Notes: generated by a model from the letters alone, not told the origin. A stretch of 64,000 nucleotides of DNA from an uncultured Gemmatimonadales bacterium (GCA_963771275.1 CAVYSW010000009.1:320001-384000); one strand, 5' to 3'; counted from the stretch's first letter, positions 50,601 to 60,943 are shown. Made by a program: numbers and translations.

Positions 50601-51299
50601 TCAGGATGCGCGCGTCGCCAGCACGACCGCGCGCTGCATCAACTCGAGTTTCCGCCGCATCGTCTCGGCGAGATGCGCGTTGAGGTACGCGTCCGACGGA
50701 TCCGCGACAAGCGCCGCCTGGGCCCGGGCGATCGCCCGATCGATCGTGCGCAGGCTCTCCTCGATCACCCGCACCGTCGACGTATCCAGTCGACTCCGAT
50801 TGGCGTCGAGCACCCGCTGGAAATCCGCCACGGCGCCCGCGTAGGCGACACTGCCGGCAAACTGCTGCGCGCCGGCGGACGCGGGTCCCATGCTGGGCCT
50901 GGTGGCCACCGGCGTCGGCCGTCCGCTCACCCCGGTGGGCCCGCCGCGCGGGCCCACCGCCAGCCACATCGCGCCCGCCCCCAGCATCAGCAGCACCCCG
51001 GCCGCCGCCGCGAGCTGGGACATCGTCACGGTGAATGGCCGCCGCCAGCGCAGTGGCCGGGCGCGGACGGGCGCCGTCCCCCCGACCCCAATCCGGGCTG
51101 CGATCCCGGGCCAGAGGTCCCGCTCCGGCGGCCGGTCCGCCAGCGCGCCCGCCCGCATCGTCACCCGCCGCAAGTCGGCCAGCGTCCGCTCGCAATCCGC
51201 GCACTCGCCGAGGTGCCGCTCCAGCTCGTCGCGCTCCGCCGGCGCCAGCTCGCCATCGAGGTACTCCGATAGCCGTGCCGTCCAGTGGTCGCCGGTCAT
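50601..51299 (-). CDS. Zinc-binding (ZAS/zf-HC2) transmembrane anti-sigma factor
   Basis: LSEYLDGEL...HLGECADC, PPERDLWPGI, one TM, helical periplasmic tail. ATGA overlap with the sigma gene. Confidence 0.9.
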   Translation of the reverse strand: MTGDHWTARLSEYLDGELAPAERDELERHLGECADCERTLADLRRVTMRAGALADRPPERDLWPGIAARIGVGGTAPVRARPLRWRRPFTVTMSQLAAAAGVLLMLGAGAMWLAVGPRGGPTGVSGRPTPVATRPSMGPASAGAQQFAGSVAYAGAVADFQRVLDANRSRLDTSTVRVIEESLRTIDRAIARAQAALVADPSDAYLNAHLAETMRRKLELMQRAVVLATRAS

Positions 51300-51880
51300 T
51301 GCGGCCTTCCTTCCGGCGCTCGCGGCTCCAAGTGGGTCCGGAGCAGCATCCGCGCCCGGTGCAGCTGCGCCTTCGATGTCCCTGCGGCGATCCCCATCAG
51401 CTCTCCGATTTCCTCGTGTCGATAGCCCTCGACGTCGTGGAGCACGAACACCTGCCGAGCCCCTTCCGGCAACCGCGCGACCGCGCTCTCGAGGTCGATC
51501 GCCAACTCGGGCCGCGACGGCGCCGCCCGCTGCAGCTCCAGTACGCCGTCCGCCTCGCTGAACCGCGACCGCTCCACCCCGAGCCGGGACCGCCGCGACA
51601 GGATCAGGTTGATCGCGAGCCGGTGCAGCCAGGTCCCGAACGCCGCCTCGCCACGGAAGCTCCCCAGCTTCTCCCACGCCCGGACGAAGACATCCTGCGT
51701 CAACTCGTCCGCGTGGTCGGGCCCGGTCATGCGCCGGGCGAGCGAGTGGATCCGCGCCGAGTGGCTGCGATAGAGCCGCTCGAAGGCATGTGCGTCCCCG
51801 CTCGCTGCGAGGGCAACGTCCACGGCGTCGTCGGGTACGGTCTGGCTCAGAAGGCCCGCTCCAGCGCTCGGCTCGTCCAT
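51296..51880 (-). CDS. ECF RNA polymerase sigma factor
   Basis: GD..AFERLY, DELTQDVFVRAW, FRGEAAFGTWLHRLA.N, VFVLHDVEGYRHEEIG, GTSKAQLHRAR. Confidence 0.95.
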   Translation of the reverse strand: MDEPSAGAGLLSQTVPDDAVDVALAASGDAHAFERLYRSHSARIHSLARRMTGPDHADELTQDVFVRAWEKLGSFRGEAAFGTWLHRLAINLILSRRSRLGVERSRFSEADGVLELQRAAPSRPELAIDLESAVARLPEGARQVFVLHDVEGYRHEEIGELMGIAAGTSKAQLHRARMLLRTHLEPRAPEGRPQ

Positions 51881-51888
51881 GCACTCCG

Positions 51889-51916
51889 TTGGACGAGCGG
51901 ACCGGCCGGATGGTTT
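51889..51916 (-). promoter_or_regulatory. Candidate ECF autoregulatory promoter
   Basis: Minus strand AAAC-N17-CGTCCAA, 8 nt upstream of the sigma ATG. Matches the generic AAC/CGT pattern of ECF promoters. Confidence 0.6.
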
Positions 51917-51926
51917 GGAGACGCGA

Positions 51927-52697
51927 TCACAGCCTCAGGATGCTGGTCCGGTACCACTGCACGACGGCGTCCCCCGCCACGAACGCGACGGCGGCGCCGG
52001 CCGCGAGGAAGATGCCGAAGGGCACCAACTTCTTGGTGCGCAAGGAGATAGGAACGAACACCAAGGTGCCGAGCAGGGCGCCGCCAAAGATCGTGAGCAG
52101 CACGCCCTGCCAACCCACAAAGGCGCCGACCATCGCCATCATCTTGATGTCGCCCCCGCCCATCGCCTCCTTCTTGAACACCTTCTCGCCGGCCCACGCC
52201 ACCGCGTAGAGCAGCGTGAACCCCACGACCGCGCCCACCAGGGCGTTCCCCACGGCCGGGAGGCCGACGGGCAGGGCCAGGGCGAGCCCCAGGGCGAGGC
52301 CTCCCCAGGTGAACTCGTCGGGGATGATGTAGTGGCGTGCGTCGGTGATGGCGATGCCGAGCAACAGCGTGCCGAGCACGGCCGCCGCCGCCGCGTGCCA
52401 GGAGAGACCGTAGCACCCTACCGCGGTCCCCCAGAGCAGCGCGACGAGCGCCTCGATCAGCGGGTACTGCACGGAGATCGGGGCGCGGCACCGGCGGCAC
52501 TTTCCCCCCAGCAGCAGCCATCCGAACACCGGTACGTTGTCATGCCACGGGATGCGCTGCCCGCACGACGGACAGGAGGACGGCGGCCGCACGAGCGATT
52601 GCTCGCGCGGCAGCCGGTAGATGCAGACGTTGAGGAAGCTCCCGAACGTGCTGCCCAGTGCCGCGGCAATGGCCACGATCGGCCATTCAGCCGCCAC
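51927..52697 (-). CDS. pilD: Type IV prepilin peptidase
   Basis: GSFLNVCIYRLP, SSCPSC, GKCRRC..PIS.QYP.IE, ITDA...IPD, MGGGDIKM, VPFG.FL. Confidence 0.93.
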   Translation of the reverse strand: MAAEWPIVAIAAALGSTFGSFLNVCIYRLPREQSLVRPPSSCPSCGQRIPWHDNVPVFGWLLLGGKCRRCRAPISVQYPLIEALVALLWGTAVGCYGLSWHAAAAAVLGTLLLGIAITDARHYIIPDEFTWGGLALGLALALPVGLPAVGNALVGAVVGFTLLYAVAWAGEKVFKKEAMGGGDIKMMAMVGAFVGWQGVLLTIFGGALLGTLVFVPISLRTKKLVPFGIFLAAGAAVAFVAGDAVVQWYRTSILRL

Positions 52698-53457
52698 GGA
52701 CCACCTCGTAGAGCAGGATGCCGGCGGCGACCGCCACGTTGAGGGATTCCGCGCCCCGCGCGAGCGGAATCGCCACCTGCTGGTGGGCCAGGCCGCGCAC
52801 GGCGGCGCCGACCCCCAGCCCCTCGTTGCCCACCACCAGCGCCAGCCGCTCGGGCACGGTTGCCCGCTGGAGCGCGGCACCGTCGGCGGCGGCCACCCAG
52901 ACCGCGAGCCGCTCGCGCCGCACCCAGGCGGCGAGCTCCGCGGGCTCGAGCGGAACCGCCGGCAGACGGAACGTGGCCCCCATCGCGCCGCGCACCACCT
53001 TGGGGTTGGTGAGGTCGGCGGTACCCTTGAGGAGCACGGCGCCGCAGGCACCCAGGGCGAACGCCGTGCGGAGCAGGGTGCCCACGTTGCCGGGGTCCTG
53101 GACCGCGTCCAGCACGAGCACGGGGGCGGTGCGTTGCGGGTGGAGATCCGCCAGCGTCCAGCGGCGCGGCTCCACCACCACGAGCACCCCCTGGGGCGTC
53201 TCCGTCTCCGCGAGGGTGGCGAACGTGCGGGCGGGCACCTCTTCGAGCGGCACGGCGCGGCCCGCGAGCTCCGCCAGGAGCGCGGCCCCGCGAGACGACT
53301 CGGCGAGGTCGCGCGTCACGAGCGCCCCCACGATCGGCACGCGCGCGGCGAGCACTTCCTCGACCAGGCGCACGCCTTCGGCGAGCGTCAGGCCCCGGCG
53401 TCTGCGCGCCCGGCGCTGTTGTAGATTCCGAACCACCGATTGGAGCTGAGAAGTCAT
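52687..53457 (-). CDS. TrmH/SpoU-family RNA methyltransferase
   Basis: [47 protein letters not shown]. Confidence 0.93.
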   Translation of the reverse strand: MTSQLQSVVRNLQQRRARRRRGLTLAEGVRLVEEVLAARVPIVGALVTRDLAESSRGAALLAELAGRAVPLEEVPARTFATLAETETPQGVLVVVEPRRWTLADLHPQRTAPVLVLDAVQDPGNVGTLLRTAFALGACGAVLLKGTADLTNPKVVRGAMGATFRLPAVPLEPAELAAWVRRERLAVWVAAADGAALQRATVPERLALVVGNEGLGVGAAVRGLAHQQVAIPLARGAESLNVAVAAGILLYEVVRGG

Positions 53458-53514
53458 GGACACTCCCGCCGACGCCCAATCATACCACGGCGCGCGGATT
53501 CGGAAAGTCGCCGG

Positions 53515-54318
53515 ATGCGGATCGCCCTGACGATCGCGGGATCCGATTCGGGCGGCGGCGCCGGCATCCAGGCCGACCTCAAGACGTTCCATCAGTTCGG
53601 CGTGTTCGGCACGTCGGTGATCGTGGCGATCACGGCGCAGAACACGCGCGGCGTCACGGCGGTGCACGCGGTTCCCCTCGCGACGGTGGACGCCCAGCTC
53701 GCGGCGCTCGCCGCCGATCTGCCGCCCGCGGCGGTGAAGAGCGGCATGCTCGCCTCGGCGGCGCTCGTCGCGACGGTGGCCGACGGGATCGCGCGCTTCC
53801 GGTTCCCCCACTACGTGTGCGATCCGGTCATGGTGGCCACGTCGGGCGACCGCCTGCTGGACGCGGACGCGGTGCGCACCGTGCGCGAGCGCCTGCTGCC
53901 GCTCGCGACGCTCGTCACGCCGAACCTCGACGAGGCCGCGCTGCTGGCGGAGCAGCCCGTCGCGAGCCCCGGCGACATGGAGGCGGCCGGCCGCGCGCTG
54001 GTCCGCATGGGCGCGCGCGCCGCCCTGATCAAAGGCGGCCATCTCGCAGGCCACGAGATCGTGGACGTGCTCGTCACGGCCGGCGGCACCGAGCGGTTCC
54101 GCCGGGAGCGCCTCGCCACGACGTCGACCCACGGCACCGGGTGCACGCTGTCGGCCGCCGTGACCGCGGCCCTGGCGCTCGGTCGACCCCTGCGGGAAGC
54201 GATCGCGGCCGCGCTGGACTACGTGCACCGCGCGATCGCGGGGGCGCCGGGACTGGGCGGGGGTCACGGGCCGCTCAATCACTTCGTCCCGGCGGGTCTG
54301 CCGGGGACGGTGGCGTGA
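53515..54318 (+). CDS. thiD: Hydroxymethylpyrimidine/phosphomethylpyrimidine kinase
   Basis: [60 protein letters not shown]. Confidence 0.96.
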   Translation: MRIALTIAGSDSGGGAGIQADLKTFHQFGVFGTSVIVAITAQNTRGVTAVHAVPLATVDAQLAALAADLPPAAVKSGMLASAALVATVADGIARFRFPHYVCDPVMVATSGDRLLDADAVRTVRERLLPLATLVTPNLDEAALLAEQPVASPGDMEAAGRALVRMGARAALIKGGHLAGHEIVDVLVTAGGTERFRRERLATTSTHGTGCTLSAAVTAALALGRPLREAIAAALDYVHRAIAGAPGLGGGHGPLNHFVPAGLPGTVA

Positions 54319-55772
54319 GCCCGTCCCCGATCTTTCCCCGCCCGCCCCGCGCCCGGGGCATCTTCTGCAACCGCACGCTCAACCTGCGGGCGATCCGGGC
54401 AATCGGCTACGACATGGACTACACGCTGGTCCACTACCGGGTGGACGAGTGGGAGCGGCGGGCCTACGAGTACCTGCAGCAGAAGTTCACGGACCTCGGC
54501 TGGCCCCTCGCGGCGCTTGCGTTCGACGCGTCGTTCATCGTGCGCGGCCTGATCATCGACACCGAGCTGGGCAACGTGCTCAAGGCCAACCGCTTCGGCT
54601 ACGTGAAGCGCGCGTATCACGGGACCCGCCAGCTGGATTTCGAGGAGCAGCGCCGCGTGTACGCGCGAACGATCGTGGACCTGAGCGAGCCGCGCTGGGT
54701 GTTCCTCAACACGCTGTTCGCGCTGTCGGAAGCGTGCATGTACGCGCAGCTGGTCGACCTGCTGGACGCGCGCACGCTGCCGGAGGTGCTGGGCTACGCC
54801 GACCTGTACGAGCGCACCCGGCAGCTGATCGACGAGGCCCACGTCGAGGGCCTGCTCAAGGCGGACATCCTGGCGGACCCCGACCGGTTCGTCGAGCCCG
54901 ACCCCGAGGCCGCGCTGGCGCTGCTCGACCAGATCAAGGCGGGCAAGCGCCTGCTGCTGATCACCAACTCCGAGTGGCCGTACACCCGCGCCCTGATGCG
55001 CCACGCGTTCGACCGGTTTCTGCCGGGCGGGATGACTTGGCGCGATCTGTTCGAGGTGGTGATCGTGCAGGCCCGCAAGCCGGACTTCTTTTCCAGCCGG
55101 AGCCCGGTGTTCGAGATCGTGAACGAGGAGGGCCTGCTGCGGCCCGCCCTGGGCCTGACGGCCGGCGGGGCCTACGTCGGCGGCAACGCCGGGCTCGTGG
55201 AGCACCACCTTGGCGTGTCGGGCGACCAAATCCTGTTCGTCGGCGATCACCTGTTCGCGGACGTGCACGTTTCCAAGAACGTGCTGCGGTGGCGGACCGC
55301 GCTCGTGCTCCGCGAGCTCGAGGCCGACCTGCTGGCGGAGGAGGCGTTCGCGGACGACCTGGCGCGGCTGGAGCGGCTGATGGCCCGCAAGGAGGAGCTG
55401 GAATTCGACGTCTGCCAGATCCGCCTGCAGCTGCAGCGCGCGCGGGCCCGCTACGGGCCCAAGCCGACCCGCTCGCCCGAGAGTCTCGAGCCGGACCTCG
55501 CGGCCCTGCGCGACCGGCTGGAGGCGCTGGACGAGGAAATCGCACCGCTCGCGGCGCGCGCCACCGAGATCAGCAATGCGCGCTGGGGGCAGCTGATGCG
55601 CGCCGGAAACGACAAGAGCCACCTGGCACGGCAGGTGGAGCGGTACGCGGACATCTACCTGTCGCGCGTCTCCAACTTCCTGTACCACACGCCGTTCGCG
55701 TTCCTGCGCTCGCCGCGCGGGAGCCTGCCGCACGACGCCGGCAGCGCGGGCGCCGAGGAACCCGCGCCTTAG
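54315..55772 (+). CDS. HAD-IG family 5'-nucleotidase (cN-II/NT5C2-like)
   Basis: IFCNRTLNL, GYDMDYTL, LITNS, ARKP.FF, FVGDH.FAD, C-terminal coiled coil, RYADIY.SRVSN. Confidence 0.92.
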   Translation: MSPSPIFPRPPRARGIFCNRTLNLRAIRAIGYDMDYTLVHYRVDEWERRAYEYLQQKFTDLGWPLAALAFDASFIVRGLIIDTELGNVLKANRFGYVKRAYHGTRQLDFEEQRRVYARTIVDLSEPRWVFLNTLFALSEACMYAQLVDLLDARTLPEVLGYADLYERTRQLIDEAHVEGLLKADILADPDRFVEPDPEAALALLDQIKAGKRLLLITNSEWPYTRALMRHAFDRFLPGGMTWRDLFEVVIVQARKPDFFSSRSPVFEIVNEEGLLRPALGLTAGGAYVGGNAGLVEHHLGVSGDQILFVGDHLFADVHVSKNVLRWRTALVLRELEADLLAEEAFADDLARLERLMARKEELEFDVCQIRLQLQRARARYGPKPTRSPESLEPDLAALRDRLEALDEEIAPLAARATEISNARWGQLMRAGNDKSHLARQVERYADIYLSRVSNFLYHTPFAFLRSPRGSLPHDAGSAGAEEPAP

Positions 55773-55781
55773 GCGCGTCCC

Positions 55782-56288
55782 GTGGACCTGCTCGTCGTGC
55801 GCCACGCGATCGCGGGCGATCGCCTCGACTGGAGCCGGTCGGGGAAGCCCGACAGCCAGCGTCCCGTCAGCGCGGAGGGGCGCAGGAAGATGGCGGCGGC
55901 CGCGCGCGGCCTCGCGGCCGTGGTGCCGCACCTGGACGTGCTCGCGACGAGCCCGTACCTCCGCGCCCGCCAGACCGCCGAGATCCTGCACACGCAGTAC
56001 GGGAAGCCCGAGCCGACCGAGGTCGCGGCGCTGGCCCACGGCGGGTCCCCGGCGGAGCTGCTCGAGTGGCTCGGGCGCGAGGGGAAGCGCGACGTGGTGG
56101 CGATCGTCGGGCATGAGCCCGACCTCGGCGCGCTGATCGGCCGGCTGCTCACCGGCGGACCCGCGGACGTGGTCCGGCTCGGGAAGGGCGGCGCCTGCCT
56201 GCTCTCGTTCACCCGCACGCCCGGCCCGGGCGCGGCGGAGCTCACCTGGGTGCTCACGCCCAAGCTGCTCCGCCGGCTGGGGAAGTAA
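55782..56288 (+). CDS. sixA: SixA-like phosphohistidine phosphatase
   Basis: VVRHAIA, D..RP.S.EG, TSPYLRARQTAE, VGHEPDL, LGKGG. Confidence 0.88.
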   Translation: MDLLVVRHAIAGDRLDWSRSGKPDSQRPVSAEGRRKMAAAARGLAAVVPHLDVLATSPYLRARQTAEILHTQYGKPEPTEVAALAHGGSPAELLEWLGREGKRDVVAIVGHEPDLGALIGRLLTGGPADVVRLGKGGACLLSFTRTPGPGAAELTWVLTPKLLRRLGK

Positions 56289-56289
56289 C

Positions 56290-57726
56290 GTGCCGCCGCG
56301 CGCGCCGCTGCTCGATCTGCCGGTCCGCGAGGGCGTCGCCCGCATCGCGCGGCGCTATCTCGACGAGGCGGTGTCCGGCCTCGACCGGCTGCGCGACCGC
56401 CGGGACACCGAGGCACTCCACGATTTCCGGGTCGCCGTGCGTCGCCTGCGGAGCCTGCTCCGGGCGTACCGCCGCTGGATGGGACGTGCCGGCGGGAAGA
56501 AGGTGCGACGCCGGTTGCGGGACTTGGGCCAGGCGACCAACGCCGGCCGCGACGCGGAAGTCCAGGTAGTCTGGCTCGAGGTACAGCGGGCCGCCCTCGC
56601 CCGGCGCGAGCGGAGCGGGCTCAACTGGCTGTTGCGGCGGCTGCGCGCCGTGAAGCGCGACAGCTATCGCGCGGCGCGGAAACGCGTCAAGGCGGGCCTG
56701 CACCGGTCCGAGCTGCTGCTGCGCCACCGACTCGACGAGCCGGCCGGTCAGGGGGCCACACGCTTCCGGGCGGCGTTCGCCGGGCTGCTCGTCGAGCAGG
56801 TCGCGGATCTGGAGGGCAAGCTGGCGGCGATCGCCGGCGCGGACGACGAGGAGCAGGCTCACGAAGCACGCATCAGCGCCAAGCGACTCCGCTACCTCGT
56901 GGAACCGGTGCGCTACGAGCTGCCGGGTGGCCGCCGCATCGTCGGGCGGCTCAAGCGCGTGCAGGACCTGCTGGGGACGCTGCACGACATGCATGTGCTC
57001 GCCGGGTCGCTCGCCACGGTGGTCGAGGAGGCGGCGCGCGAGAAGGCCCGGCGGATGCACGGGCTCGCGCTGGCGGGCGACGACCGGACGCTCGGCCGGG
57101 AGCGCCGGCGCGACGAGCGCATCGGGCTGGTCACCCTCGCGGCCCGTGCGCGCGGCGACCGCGACCGGGTGTTTGCCGCGCTCGACCGCGGATGGCTGCG
57201 CGGGCGGGCCCGGGCACTGTTCCAGGAGCTCAGGACGCGGGCGGACAGCCTGGCCATGCCGGCGCCGGAGGACAGCGAGATCGAGCGCAAGTTCCTGCTT
57301 GCGGCGCTGCCGCCGGAGGCCGCCGCCGCGCCCGTCGAGGAGATCGAGCAGGGATGGCTCCCCGGCGAGCGGCTGCGCGAGCGGCTGCGCCGGGTGGTGG
57401 ACGCCGATGGGGAGCGGTTCTATCGGACCGTGAAGCTGGGCAGCGGGGTGCAGCGGCTCGAGCTGGACGAGCAGACGTCAGCCGAGCTGTTCGGGGCGCT
57501 GTGGCCGCACACGGCGGGCTGCCGCGTCGCGAAGCGCCGCTACCGGGTGCACGACGGGGCGTTGACGTGGGAGATCGACGAGTTCCGCGACCGCGACCTG
57601 CTGCTCGCCGAGGTGGAGCTGTCCGATCCGGCTATGGCCGTGACCATCCCCGCCTGGCTCGCGCCGCATCTCGTGCGCGAGGTGACCGGCGATCCGGCCT
57701 ACGTGAACCTCAACCTGGCCGGCTGA
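56290..57726 (+). CDS. CHAD (polyphosphate-binding) + CYTH triphosphatase fusion
   Basis: CHAD motifs LHDFRVAVRRLRS, RDAEV, HEARISAKRLRY, QDLLGTLHD. CYTH motifs EIERKFL, IEQG, WEIDEF, LAEVEL, REVTGDPAY.N. Confidence 0.9.
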   Translation: MPPRAPLLDLPVREGVARIARRYLDEAVSGLDRLRDRRDTEALHDFRVAVRRLRSLLRAYRRWMGRAGGKKVRRRLRDLGQATNAGRDAEVQVVWLEVQRAALARRERSGLNWLLRRLRAVKRDSYRAARKRVKAGLHRSELLLRHRLDEPAGQGATRFRAAFAGLLVEQVADLEGKLAAIAGADDEEQAHEARISAKRLRYLVEPVRYELPGGRRIVGRLKRVQDLLGTLHDMHVLAGSLATVVEEAAREKARRMHGLALAGDDRTLGRERRRDERIGLVTLAARARGDRDRVFAALDRGWLRGRARALFQELRTRADSLAMPAPEDSEIERKFLLAALPPEAAAAPVEEIEQGWLPGERLRERLRRVVDADGERFYRTVKLGSGVQRLELDEQTSAELFGALWPHTAGCRVAKRRYRVHDGALTWEIDEFRDRDLLLAEVELSDPAMAVTIPAWLAPHLVREVTGDPAYVNLNLAG

Positions 57727-57798
57727 CGCTCAGGCCGGCTCGCGGTCGGTCCGCCACCGCGAGATCGCCATCCAGCCTCCCCGCGCGCGTCCTCAGCG

Positions 57799-59409
57799 CT
57801 ACCCGGCGCGGGCCCCGCGCACGACGCGCAGCACCGGCCGCGCCACGCCAGCCGCCGCGAGCCAACGGACCGCGAGTCGCAGGTCGAACACCCGCTCGAA
57901 CAGGCCCGCCTTGCGCCGGGCGTCCCACAGCTCCACCGACGGCTCCTGCTCCGCCTCGAGCGTGAGCCGCAGCCGGCCGCGGCGGACCTCGCAGCGGACG
58001 GCGCGCACCAGGTTCTGATGGCTGCGGTTCAGGGCCACCGCCAAGCGCAGCAGGCCGGCGAGCCGGCGCGCGAGCGCCCGGTCCTCGCGCGGCAGGCGCG
58101 CGAAGGTGGGATGCGCACGCTTGGGGTACGCGCGCCGGTGATAGCGCGCGACGTTGGCGATCAGCTCGATCTCCCGCGCGGAATAGCCCGGCAGATCGCT
58201 GTGCATGATCAGGTGGTACGCGTGCTTGTGGTGCTTCGCGTGGTTCACCAGGAACCCGATGTCGTGCAGCAGGGCCGCGGCGACGAGCAGCTCCCGTGAG
58301 GCGGCGGGCAGCCCGGCCCGCCGCCGCAAGCCGTCGAACAGCTGCCCCGCGAGCTCGGCCACGTGCGCGCCGTGGCGCTCGTTCGAGCGACAGGTGCGTG
58401 CGAACCGGCGCACCGCGTCGAGCCGCTCCGGCGGCACCGCCGGCGACGTCGGGGCGGCGAGGCCCAGGTCCGCCATCATCGACAGCAGGAGGCCGTCGCG
58501 CACGCCGCCTTCGTTGACGAGGATCTGGCGGCAGCCGAGGTACTTCGCGAGCCGGGCGACGACGGCGGCGCCCGCCACGAGAATGTCGGCTCGCTGGGGC
58601 GGCACGCCGGGAATCTGGCGTCGCTGGGACTCTGGGAGCTCCAGCAGCCACGCGAGCAGGCGCGTGGCTTCCGCGCGGGTGACGGCGTAGCCGTGGGGAT
58701 TGCCCTCGCGCCCCTCATGCTCGTAGCGCATCATCGCGCCGAGCGCCGAGAACGTCCCGCCGCTCCCGACCATCACCTCGACGGTGAACGGCGGCTTGCC
58801 GATCTCGTCCGCCAGCGCCCGGTCGATCGCGCGGCGCAGCGCTTTCCAGTGCTTCGTGCGCAGCGGATCCGACCGGACGTAGCGCTCGGTCAGCCGCACC
58901 GCTCCCAACGGCAGCGAATGGACCTGGTCCACGACTGAGCCGGCCGAGAGCACGACCTCGAGGCTTCCGCCGCCGATGTCCGCCACCGCGACCGAACGGC
59001 CCTCGAGATTGAACCGGCGAATCGCGCTCGCGAAGGCGAGGCGCGCCTCTTCGTCCGGCGAGATGACTTCGACCCGCACGCGATGCCGCTTCCACGCCTC
59101 GCGCCGGAACGCCGCTCCGTTCTCCGCCTCCCGCACGGCGCTCGTCGCCGCGGCGCGCAGCTCGGTCACGCCGAACCCGTCGGCGATGGCTTTCATCGTC
59201 CCGATCGCGCCGAGCGAGGTGGCCACGGCGGCCTCGGAGAGGCGTCCCGTGCGCGCCAGGCCGGCGCCGAGGCGCGTCATCTCGCGCTCCTCGTCGAGCA
59301 CGCGATACGTGCCGTCGGGCTGAACCTCGGCCACGATCAGCCGGATCGAGTTGGTCCCGATGTCGATCGCGCCGAGGCGCGGCGCGTGGGAGGCGCGGTC
59401 GGGGCTCAC
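57799..59409 (-). CDS. ppx: Exopolyphosphatase / GppA-family phosphatase with C-terminal HD domain
   Basis: AIDIGTNSIRL, ATSAVREAEN, EEARL, DIGGGSLE, SLPLG, GSGGT, RADIL, GVRDG, LLHDIG. Confidence 0.93.
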   Translation of the reverse strand: MSPDRASHAPRLGAIDIGTNSIRLIVAEVQPDGTYRVLDEEREMTRLGAGLARTGRLSEAAVATSLGAIGTMKAIADGFGVTELRAAATSAVREAENGAAFRREAWKRHRVRVEVISPDEEARLAFASAIRRFNLEGRSVAVADIGGGSLEVVLSAGSVVDQVHSLPLGAVRLTERYVRSDPLRTKHWKALRRAIDRALADEIGKPPFTVEVMVGSGGTFSALGAMMRYEHEGREGNPHGYAVTRAEATRLLAWLLELPESQRRQIPGVPPQRADILVAGAAVVARLAKYLGCRQILVNEGGVRDGLLLSMMADLGLAAPTSPAVPPERLDAVRRFARTCRSNERHGAHVAELAGQLFDGLRRRAGLPAASRELLVAAALLHDIGFLVNHAKHHKHAYHLIMHSDLPGYSAREIELIANVARYHRRAYPKRAHPTFARLPREDRALARRLAGLLRLAVALNRSHQNLVRAVRCEVRRGRLRLTLEAEQEPSVELWDARRKAGLFERVFDLRLAVRWLAAAGVARPVLRVVRGARAG

Positions 59410-59416
59410 GGCCGCG

Positions 59417-60854
59417 CTACCGGATCACCTGCCCCACGACCCGCTTGGCGAGGTTCCGGTTCATGAAGCGGCCATCGGCATCGAGCTGGTTGATGATCGC
59501 CAGCTCGTCGGCCGAGACGGGGCCGGGGTAGCGCTGAGCGAATTCCTGCGGTGTCATGGACCGGTCGAGCCGGACGATCGTAATGTGCCACGGCTGCACG
59601 CTCAGCGCGGTCTGGTCGGTGAGCGGCCGGAACGTCCGCATCGCGTCGACGACCACCGCCTCGCTGCCGGGCCAGGAGGCCGCCGTCCCGTAGCCCAGCA
59701 CCTGCAGCACGAGCCCGCCCTGCGCAACGAACATCACCCGCCCTTTCACGGTGCCGTCCTGCAGGGCCGCACTGAAGCCGCCGCCGGACGCCTGCAGCCC
59801 GTTGACCGTCAGCGCGGCCGGCGTCCCCGTGACACCCTGCTCGCTGAAGAACTGCCGCGCCGCCTCGCCGGGCGTGCCCGCCTCTGCGCCCGAGATGCGG
59901 AGGATCACGTCCTGGTTGGCGTTGGCCGCGAGCACGGCGGCTTTCTGGTTCGCCGTCGTCCAGCCCGTCGGGAAGGTGAACTCGAACCGGAGATCGGGGT
60001 GGAGGAACCGCGTGCCGCGGAAGAAGCCTTCCCTGGGGTTGGGGCCGAACATCAGATCGTCGAGGCGGCGCAGATAGGGGTCGCGGTCGACGACCGCCGC
60101 GGCGAGCTCGTCGGGCGTGAGCGTGGCGGCCCGCTCGACGGCCTTCTCCTCCCGGTTCGCGGGATCGGGGTGGGTGGAGGCCCACTCCGGCACCCGGGCC
60201 CCGGCGGCGGCGCTCACGCGGCTTAGCTCGCGGAACATCTCCGCCATCTCCCGCGGGTCGTAGTTGGTGCGCCGGACGTAGCGGAACCCCAGCTCGTCGG
60301 CCTGGGACTCGTCGTCGCGGCTGAACTTGAGAAACAGGAGGCCCAAGCGCCTGCTGCGCCGCGCCGGCATAGCGCGCCAGCTCGGGCTTGAGCACGACCC
60401 CCACGGCGAGCCCCACCTGGGCGAGCTGCTGCTGCGTCATCTGGACCACGGTGTGCCGCGCCGTCACGTGGCCGATCTCGTGCCCCAGCACCCCGGCCAG
60501 CTGCGCCTCCGAGTTCATGTGGGCAAGCAGGCCGCGCGTAACGTAGATGTAGCCGCCCGGCAGCGCGAACGCGTTCACCGCCGGATCGTCCACCAGCCGG
60601 AACGCCCACTCGAGCTGCGGCCGCTCGGACACGGCCGCGAGCTTCTTGCCGAGCGCCTCCACGTAGCGTCCGAGCGCCGTGTCGGGATACACCCCCATCT
60701 CCGCGGACACTTGCTGGTCGTATTGCCGCCCCATGGCGATTTCCTGGCTCTCGCTCACGAGCACCAGCTCTCTCCGGCCCGTGGCGGGATTGACGGAGCA
60801 GCGCGTGACGACAAGGCACAGGAAGGCAGGAACGAAGACGCTGCGGATGCGCAT
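59417..60854 (-). CDS. M48-family zinc metalloprotease lipoprotein (one extra base near 60342-60346, probable sequencing error)
   Basis: C-SVNPATG, NAFALPGGYIYVTRGL and GHEIGHV in one frame; FSRDDESQAD and STHP in the next. Junction reads GCG CTT G GGC CTC CTG. Confidence 0.88.
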
Positions 60855-60882
60855 GGGGCAGTCCCCCTGAGGCGGAACGAAC

Positions 60883-60923
60883 GTCGGTCGGGATCGACTG
60901 AAACGTAGTCGACCCCGACCGAC
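60883..60923 (-). terminator. 17-bp hairpin between the HEAT genes and the M48 gene
   Basis: Minus strand GTCGGTCGGGGTCGACT-acgtttc-AGTCGATCCCGACCGAC with one G-U pair, followed by GTTCGTT. Confidence 0.6.
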
Positions 60924-60943
60924 CCGTCACATCGACGACCCGC

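Noticed and set aside
53458..53514. TPP riboswitch upstream of thiD
   Set aside because: The gap is only 57 bp, is shared with the divergent trmH-like gene, and has no CTGAGA core within it.
45025..60350. Programmed frameshifting in ffh and the M48 gene
   Set aside because: No slippery heptamer or stimulatory structure at either site. Two isolated single-base insertions are better explained by sequencing error.
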